From positions 7,668 to 71,667 of the forward strand of contig JBCCWH010000001.1 in the NCBI GenBank assembly GCA_039193915.1: 64,000 bases of DNA. Direction: 5' to 3'. A program made the translations under genes and the position numbers. Under the pieces are notes generated by a model that was given only the letters and a program-made list of their open reading frames with translations, searched no databases and had not been told where the DNA came from. Source of the DNA: Planctomycetota bacterium. GTDB taxonomy: Bacteria > Planctomycetota > Phycisphaerae > Phycisphaerales > Phycisphaeraceae. Every line of letters begins with the position of its first letter. The stretch's first letter is position 1. Below, in pieces: positions 57,643 through 64,000 of the stretch.

Positions 57643-58836
57643 ATGCCCAAGCGCGACCCCTACGCCCCGTCCCCCGATGACCGCTTCACCTTCGGGCTCT
57701 GGACCGTCGGCAACCCCGGGGCCGACCCCTTCGGCGGGCCCACTCGCCCACGGCTCTCGCCCGCCGAGACCGTCGACCTGCTCGGCGAAGTCGGCGGCGA
57801 TTCAAGGGGGGTCTACGGCGTCAACTTCCACGACAACGACCTCATCCCCATCGACGCCACCGACGCCGAAGCCGCGCAGATTAAACGCGACTTCCGCGCC
57901 GCGCTACGCCGCAACAAGCTCAAGGTCCCGATGGCGACGACCAATCTGTTCAGCGACCCCGTCTTCAAGGACGGCGCGTTCACCAGCAACGACGCCGAGG
58001 TCCGCGCCTACGCGATCCAAAAAACGATGAAGGCCATGCTGCTGGGCAAGGAGTTCGGCGCGAAGACCTACGTCTTCTGGGGCGGCCGGGAGGGCACCGA
58101 GTCCGACGCGACCAAAGACCCCGTCGTCGCCGTCAAACGGTTCCGGGAATGTATCAACTACCTCTGCGCCTTCAGCAAGGCCGAGAAGCTGAACTACAAG
58201 TTCGCCTTCGAGGCCAAGCCCAACGAGCCGCGCGGCCACATCTACATGGCCACGACCGGCAACTACCTCGCCTTCATCGAGACCCTCGACGACCCATCGA
58301 TGTGCGGCGTGAACCCCGAGTTCGCGCATGAAACGATGGCCGGGCTCAACTTCGTCCACCACGTCGCACAGGCCCTGGAAGCCGGCAAGCTCTTCCACAT
58401 CGACCTCAACGACCAGGAGATAGGCCGGTACGATCAGGACTACCGCTTCGCATCCGTCAGCTACAAGGCCGCGTTCTTCCTATGCAAGCTGCTGTGCGAC
58501 TACAAGTACAAGGGCATGAAGCACTTCGACAGCCACGCCTACCGGCAGGCCGACCGCGACGAGGTCAAGGCCTTCGCCGCCGGGTCGATGCGCTCGTGGA
58601 AGATCCTCGAGGCCAAGGTCACGAAGTTCAACAAGGACCGCAAGATCCAGTCCCTGATCCGCCAGATCAACCGCGGCGAGCAAGCCGCCGCCACGAAGCT
58701 CGCAAAGAAGTACAGCAAGACCAACGCCAAGAAACTCCTGGCCGCCCCACTCGACCGCGAGAAACTCGCCAAGCGCAAACTGCCATACGAGCAGTTGGAT
58801 CAACTAACGATGGAACTGCTGCTAGGCGTGCGGTGA
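57643..58836 (+). CDS. xylA: Xylose isomerase (short, class I)
   Basis: FTFGLWTVG, FHDNDL, FKDGAFT, WGGREG, EAKPNEPRG, VNPEFAHE, GKLFHIDLN. Confidence 0.96.
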   Translation: MPKRDPYAPSPDDRFTFGLWTVGNPGADPFGGPTRPRLSPAETVDLLGEVGGDSRGVYGVNFHDNDLIPIDATDAEAAQIKRDFRAALRRNKLKVPMATTNLFSDPVFKDGAFTSNDAEVRAYAIQKTMKAMLLGKEFGAKTYVFWGGREGTESDATKDPVVAVKRFRECINYLCAFSKAEKLNYKFAFEAKPNEPRGHIYMATTGNYLAFIETLDDPSMCGVNPEFAHETMAGLNFVHHVAQALEAGKLFHIDLNDQEIGRYDQDYRFASVSYKAAFFLCKLLCDYKYKGMKHFDSHAYRQADRDEVKAFAAGSMRSWKILEAKVTKFNKDRKIQSLIRQINRGEQAAATKLAKKYSKTNAKKLLAAPLDREKLAKRKLPYEQLDQLTMELLLGVR

Positions 58837-58843
58837 GGGGACG

Positions 58844-58916
58844 TTAGCGGTTAGCCATTCGCTTTTAGCTGATTGCTGAGTGCTGAGTGCTGAGTGCTGA
58901 TTGCTGATTGCTGATT
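58844..58916. repeat. 7-mer tandem array after the xylA stop
   Basis: ttagcgg/ttagcca/ttcgctt/ttagctg/attgctg/(agtgctg)x3/(attgctg)x2. Confidence 0.9.
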
Positions 58917-59062
58917 CCCCCCCAAGCCGTACCTGAGCGCAGCGAAGGTGCGGACCCTCCCACTTCTCCCCCATCCCGGGAATAAACCCCACCCCCCGCC
59001 GGTTCCACAGGCGGGACGCTATCGTGTGGGGGTTGTCAGCCCACTACGCCACGGAGCCCACC

Positions 59063-60511
59063 ATGACGCGCCCAACCTACTCCGCCCTCCTCCTGCTCGT
59101 GTGCCTGCTGATGACCGTCGCCACCCCCACACCCGCCACCGCCGGCCCCGCGCAGACCGCCGTGGGCGAGCCCTTCCCCGACCTCGTCTTCCCCACCGTC
59201 GATGGCGAACAGACCGTCCGGCTGTCGGACCACCGGGGCAAACGCGTCCTCCTCATCGAGTTCGCCTCCTGGTGAGCGGGCTGCCGAGCACGCACGCCCG
59301 GGTGGCGTGACATGACCCAGCCGTTGATCGAGTCGGGCGACCTTGTCGTCCTCGGTTTAGTTCAAGAGCAACACCCCGAACGCGCCCAGCTCTACGCCCA
59401 GTGGCAGCAGCTCGACTGGCCCATCCTCTGGGACCCGTTCAACACCACCGGTGCCACGGCCGTCCCCAACGCCTACCTCATCGACGAGCACGGCGTCCTG
59501 CAGGGCAAACGGCTGAACGCAGAATCGCTCGCGGCGTTTATGGAGGCGGAGTTTGAGACGCCAGAGTCTGATGTACAAACTAGTCCACTCAAGGAACAGC
59601 TTTGGCAAACCCCTGACGTGTCCGAAGAGGCACTGCGATGGGATCCTAAGCTTTCCGTAGAGATAGCCTACTGGCTGTCACTTAGCAATGCGATATGGGT
59701 TCGCAACGAACATGAAGCCGTCGATCATCTCGGCGGGATGTTTGGGCTGGGCGAAGGCGCTCCAGCCATGATCCCGGATGGGGATGACTACTTCCGCCTA
59801 GGCGTCGCCTACCGCATGCGATACGACTCCGACGGTCGCCAGCCCGGAGATTTTCAGGCCGCCATCGACGCGTGGGAACGCGCCTTGGAGATGGCCCCCA
59901 ACCAATACATCTGGCGTCGCCGCATCCAGCAGTACGGCCCAATGAGCGACAAGCCCTACCCGTTCTATGGCTGGGTCGCCACCGCGCAGCGCGAGATCAC
60001 CGAGCGCGTCGAAACGCCAATCGAAATCCCGCAGGCGCTGACACAGGCGGAGCTCGGCACCGAAGGCTCCGCGTTCGTGCCTGAGGGCGAGCCGGCCAAC
60101 CCCGACCCCGACGCGCGCATCACCACCGACGCCGGCATCGTGACGATCACCAGCGCGACCACGCCCGACACCCAAAATCCAGGCACCCGGCGTGTCCTGA
60201 TCGAGTTCATCCCCGGAAGCACGGGCCATTGGAACAACGAGGCCGAGCCATTGACGGTATGGATTGACGCGGAATCCCTGCCCGAGGGCTGGTCAGTCGA
60301 GTCGCCGATGCTCATCCACCAGCCCGGCGACGACATCGCCGCCAGCTCCGACGAACCCCGCATCATCGACTTCGGCCTCACCCACCCGGCCGACGCGGCG
60401 GGCACGTTCACCCTCACCGGCTACGCGCTCTACAACGTCTGCGAAGCCGACGGCCTCGGGCAATGCCTTTACCGTCGGCAGGCCTTCGAGGTCGTGGTCG
60501 AGTTGGAGTGA
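59063..60511 (+). CDS. Probable selenoprotein: exported TlpA/AhpC-like thioredoxin fold (UxxC) + TPR + C-terminal Cys-pair domain
   Basis: ORFs 59024-59275 and 59312-60511 share one frame; the TGA at 59273 reads VLLIEFASW-U-AGC; downstream WPILWDP..AVPNAYLIDEHG completes the fold. Confidence 0.85.
59276..59309 (+). other. Candidate bacterial SECIS hairpin
   Basis: cacgcc-CGGGT-ggcgtg stem-loop; the loop begins 23 nt after the UGA and has G at position 2. Confidence 0.6.
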
Positions 60512-60518
60512 GAACGAA

Positions 60519-60664
60519 GGGCAGGCACCCTGCTTGTCGGTCGTGGAGCTACCTGAATCCGAAGCCCACAGATTGCATCTGTGGGCCACCCAGCCATGCA
60601 ATGGCTGGGCTTCTTGTGGCGGATTGTTCAGATTGCCCCACGACCGACAGGAATGCCTGCCCCA
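60519..60664. repeat. Nested REP-like element
   Basis: Outer gggcaggca..tgtcggtcgtgg / ccacgaccgaca..tgcctgccc; inner cccacagattgcatctgtggg and cccagccatgcaatggctggg hairpins. Confidence 0.72.
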
Positions 60665-60690
60665 CGGCTCGCCCGCCCTACAATCCCACC

Positions 60691-61212
60691 ATGCCCATCC
60701 GCCGCGCGACAATCGACGACGCCGAAGCCATCGCCGCGATCTACAACGACGCGATCGAAAACACCACGGCCGTGATGTACCACGACCCGCAACCGGCTTC
60801 ACTCTGGCGTGACCAACTCGCCCAACAGTGCGAACCACAACACCCGTTCCTCGTCTCGACGACCGACGGCCCAAGCGAAACCGCTGGCGACACCCTCGCC
60901 GGCTTCGCGAAGCTCGACGCCTTCGACCCGCGCTGCGGGTACGACGATATCGCCGACGTCGCGATCTACATCGCCCCCGACCACCGAGGCCAAGGCCACG
61001 GCCGCGCGCTGCTCACCGCCCTCATCGACGCCGGCCAAGCCGCCGGCCTGCACAGCATCCTCGCACGCATCACCGCCGACAACGCCGCCAGCATCAAGCT
61101 CCACGAATCCCTGGGCTTCGCGCTCGTCGGCACCTACCACCAGCTCGGCCGCAAGTTCGGCAAGCGCCACGACGTCAGCGAGTACCAGTTGGTGCTGCGA
61201 AACGATGTTTAG
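60691..61212 (+). CDS. GNAT N-acetyltransferase (Pat/YncA-like)
   Basis: IAAIYNDAIENTTA, IYIAPDHRGQGHGRALL, NAASIKLHESLGF..GRKFG. Confidence 0.92.
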   Translation: MPIRRATIDDAEAIAAIYNDAIENTTAVMYHDPQPASLWRDQLAQQCEPQHPFLVSTTDGPSETAGDTLAGFAKLDAFDPRCGYDDIADVAIYIAPDHRGQGHGRALLTALIDAGQAAGLHSILARITADNAASIKLHESLGFALVGTYHQLGRKFGKRHDVSEYQLVLRNDV

Positions 61213-61240
61213 CAGGCGACGCGCAGCGTCCCGCGAACCT

Positions 61241-61969
61241 CTACCGATTCACAAACGTCAGCAGGTATACCGTCTCGTACTGCTGGCCTTCGTGCTCGAA
61301 GCGCAGGTAGCCGGGCAGTTCATCGGGCTTGTTTGCGTAAGTCCGAAGCACCACCGCCTCGCCGGGACGCAAGAAGAAGTGGAACGCCTTAAGAACCGTG
61401 CCTTGATCCGCCCCCGCAAAGAGTGCGCGCGGACGAAGCGACATCTCCCAGCCCTCCTCGAAACTCCCTTCGCGTTCCAGCACGATATGCGTCGCCGTGG
61501 CGGGCGTCGGCGTGCCGTCCCCTCCAACATCCGTCGGACGAAACATCATCCGCGGCGTCCGTGCATCCTCAGGCAGCTCGATAGCCTGCTCCATGCCACG
61601 CTGCGAGTTGAACTCGTAACGCCGCTGCGTCGTCCGGCGGATCGTCTGCTCGGCATCGGTCTTGCGCATCGCGCGCTCAAGCCCGGGACGCACCGCCATC
61701 AATTCTAAATCGTTGTAAATCAGCTGCCCCGTGCCGTCGGGGAAGACCACCCGGCCCGGCTCGTAATAATCCGATACACGCGAGAGCGCGGCCGTGTTTC
61801 GCACATCGATCTCGAAACGCTCGACCACGATCTGCGCATTATGGCTCCGGTACGCCCGCTCCCAACCCGGCGGGTCCTTCAGCCCAAGGTCCACCGCGCT
61901 ACAGCCCATGCCGAGCACGGCAAATGTGAAAATGAGAAACGTCAATACAAAACGCTGGAGATGCTGCAT
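61241..61969 (-). CDS. Hypothetical lipoprotein
   Basis: Hydrophobic leader ending LGMGC; fills the gap between neighbours. Confidence 0.65.
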   Translation of the reverse strand: MQHLQRFVLTFLIFTFAVLGMGCSAVDLGLKDPPGWERAYRSHNAQIVVERFEIDVRNTAALSRVSDYYEPGRVVFPDGTGQLIYNDLELMAVRPGLERAMRKTDAEQTIRRTTQRRYEFNSQRGMEQAIELPEDARTPRMMFRPTDVGGDGTPTPATATHIVLEREGSFEEGWEMSLRPRALFAGADQGTVLKAFHFFLRPGEAVVLRTYANKPDELPGYLRFEHEGQQYETVYLLTFVNR

Positions 61970-62056
61970 CGTCTGCCCCTGAACAGGAAGTAGAAACCGA
62001 AACACGACAAGCACCACCCTACCAAGACAGGCGGCCCGGGGACAGCATGACTTGCA

Positions 62057-62680
62057 TTATCCGCCGTCCGAATCGCCGGCGTCACTTGCATCGCCGTCGG
62101 CTTCGGGCCTGCGGGTCAAGCAGCCGACCAGTACCGCCCCCAACAACAGCAAATGCCCCACCGTCTCGCAGCTCTCCTCCATCGGCGTGCGCATCTTCTG
62201 CCCCGAAGCATCCAGCACATCCGACAAAAACTTCAAGCCGCCCCGCGCGATCGTCTGCGACAGCACGTACATCACGCACATCGTCGCAAGCGCCGGGAAC
62301 AGCCCGGCGGCGCGGATCCACGGCCGAACACGCTCGCGCCAGCGATACGCCCACACCCCGATCACCACCAGCCCGACATACACCCCCTTCTTCGCGCCCG
62401 GCAGGTGGTCGTCCGACCCCGGCACGCTCGCCTCACGCAGGAAGAACAACAGCCCCAACGCCCCGAGCAGCCAAAGCAGCTCGTTGCGGCGGACCGCCGC
62501 GCCGATCAGCGCGATGAGCCCGGCCGACAGCGTCAGCGTCGGCGGGATCGGGCCGCCGTCGTGCGCCCGGATCGCCTCGCCCACCGCCGAGTCGCGCGTC
62601 AAGAGGACGAGCATAATCGCCGCCGGCCCCAGCAGCACCGGCCACCACGCGAGCACATTCTTCGAAGCCGACTGCGTCAT
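62057..62680 (-). CDS. Hypothetical integral membrane protein
   Basis: About six hydrophobic segments; FFLRE and EESCETVG motifs. Confidence 0.75.
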   Translation of the reverse strand: MTQSASKNVLAWWPVLLGPAAIMLVLLTRDSAVGEAIRAHDGGPIPPTLTLSAGLIALIGAAVRRNELLWLLGALGLLFFLREASVPGSDDHLPGAKKGVYVGLVVIGVWAYRWRERVRPWIRAAGLFPALATMCVMYVLSQTIARGGLKFLSDVLDASGQKMRTPMEESCETVGHLLLLGAVLVGCLTRRPEADGDASDAGDSDGG

Positions 62681-62697
62681 CGAAACCCCCTCTCGGC

Positions 62698-63999
62698 CTA
62701 CTCGGCCAGCTTCGCGTCAAGCCACGCGCCGACCTTGTCGATGTGGATGCGTTCCTGCGCCAGCGTGTCGCGGTCGCGGACGGTGACGGTCTGGTCGGTC
62801 AGGGTGTCGCCATCGATGGTGAAGCAGAACGGCGTGCCGATCTCGTCCATGCGGGCGTAGCGTTTGCCGATCGACTGCTTGCCGTCGTACTCGACGACGT
62901 GCTTCTGGCGAAGCTCGTTGTAGAGCTTCTTCGCGACCTCCGGCATGCCGTCCTTGTTGACCAGCGGGAAGATGCCCGCCTTGACCGGCGCGAACTTCGG
63001 CTTGAAGCTCATGATGTACTTGCTGCCCTCCCGGTCCGGCGTCGGCGTGAACGCCTCGCACAGCAGCACCAGCACCGCGCGCGTCAGCCCGCTGGCGGGC
63101 TCGATGACGTGCGGGACGTAGCGTGACCGCGCCTTGATCTCGTCCTTATCGACGCCCTCGTTCTGCAGGCGAACCTGGAGTTCCTGGTCGAAGTAGTCGA
63201 GCTTGCTGTTGGAGTCGCGGTTCTTTTCTTTGTCCTTGGAGTGGGCGGTGAGGTCGTAGCAGCCCCGGTGCGCGACGCCCTCGAGTTCGCCGAAGCCGGG
63301 GGCGGTGAAGGGGTACTTGTACTCGACATCGACGCAGGCGCTGGAGTAGTGGGCCAGTTCGTCGTCGTCGTGGTCGCGGAGGATGAGGTTTTCTTCCGCG
63401 ACGCCCAGCGACAGCCACCACTGGTAGCGCACATCCCGCCAGAATTCGTACCACCTCTGCGAATCTTCCGGCGGGCAGAAGAACTCCATCTCCATCTGCT
63501 CGAACTCGCGCGAACGGAAGATGAAGTTGCGGGGGGTGACTTCGTTGCGGAAGGACTTGCCGATCTGCGCGATGCCGAAGGGCACCTTGACGCGCATGGT
63601 GTCGAGGACGTTTTTGAAGTTGAGGAAGATGCCCTGCGCGGTCTCGGGCCGGAGGTACGCCTTGTTCTCCTCGTCCCGGATCGGCCCGGGGTAGGTGTCG
63701 AGCATGAGGCTGAACTCGCGCGGCTCGGTCAGCGTGCCGCCGCAGTGGGGGCAAACGGCGACGAAAGTTTCGGACTGATCGCCCGCCGCGACACGCTGCG
63801 CGGCATCCGCTACGGCGCTGGCATGTGAGCTTTCTTCCTTCAGCGCTTCGGCAAGCCCGGGCGCAACCTTCTTGAGCCTGTTCGATGTCGCGAACTGAGA
63901 TACGCAGTCCGAGTCGGCACCCGCATCACCCGGCGCTGACTCATTCAATGCGGCGATCCACGGCGACTCGTGCAGCATCCCCAACACGTGGTCCGCGCG
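62698..63999 (-). CDS. glyQS: Glycine--tRNA ligase, homodimeric type (5' end outside window)
   Basis: AYLRPETAQGIF, GKSFRNEVTPRNFIFRSREFEQMEMEFF, ELEGVAHR, PHVIEP, IGKRYARMDEIGTPFC. Confidence 0.96.
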   Translation of the reverse strand, partial: RADHVLGMLHESPWIAALNESAPGDAGADSDCVSQFATSNRLKKVAPGLAEALKEESSHASAVADAAQRVAAGDQSETFVAVCPHCGGTLTEPREFSLMLDTYPGPIRDEENKAYLRPETAQGIFLNFKNVLDTMRVKVPFGIAQIGKSFRNEVTPRNFIFRSREFEQMEMEFFCPPEDSQRWYEFWRDVRYQWWLSLGVAEENLILRDHDDDELAHYSSACVDVEYKYPFTAPGFGELEGVAHRGCYDLTAHSKDKEKNRDSNSKLDYFDQELQVRLQNEGVDKDEIKARSRYVPHVIEPASGLTRAVLVLLCEAFTPTPDREGSKYIMSFKPKFAPVKAGIFPLVNKDGMPEVAKKLYNELRQKHVVEYDGKQSIGKRYARMDEIGTPFCFTIDGDTLTDQTVTVRDRDTLAQERIHIDKVGAWLDAKLAE

Positions 64000-64000
64000 C

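Noticed and set aside
58844-58916. CRISPR array
   Set aside because: Contiguous 7-mers with no spacers and no cas genes; the same applies to the other arrays.
59024-59275. Separate small ORF or pseudogene fragment
   Set aside because: The stop falls exactly on the catalytic Cys column and the frame continues cleanly, so Sec recoding fits better; a nonsense mutation is not fully excluded.
63760-63990. Intein in glyQS
   Set aside because: No intein terminal motifs; it lies in the variable insertion region before CPHCGG and is cut by the window edge.

Overview
High-GC chromosomal window, most consistent with a Planctomycetota genome of class Phycisphaerae (inferred from PEP-CTERM/exosortase genes, H-X9-DG-type prepilin proteins and homodimeric GlyRS). 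Housekeeping genes: hisF, gpsA, rpsB-tsf, ilvE, truD, efp, xylA and a partial glyQS. Larger modules: two two-component systems; a TonB receptor/TonB/DUF2946-like/prepilin/PEP-CTERM cluster; a ketosynthase pair split by a four-helix-bundle gene; a pilZ-pilT-pilC-minor-pilin locus followed by two secreted proteins ending in -LYD; an exosortase/exopolysaccharide locus; and a fasciclin-SigK-RskA module. I saw no tRNA, rRNA or CRISPR array. Strongest leads: (1) a probable exported selenoprotein split by an in-frame TGA in a WUxxC thioredoxin motif, with a SECIS-like hairpin; (2) polarised 7-mer tandem arrays at gene junctions that bracket the four-helix-bundle gene, recur as empty pairs, and once lie in frame inside hisF; (3) a shared -LYD C-terminal tail beside the pilus locus; (4) a CxxC/RxPP leader protein heading a His-rich surface cassette; (5) a kinase-less lipoprotein duplicate of the Wzc periplasmic domain. 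All product calls come from motif recognition only; no searches were run.
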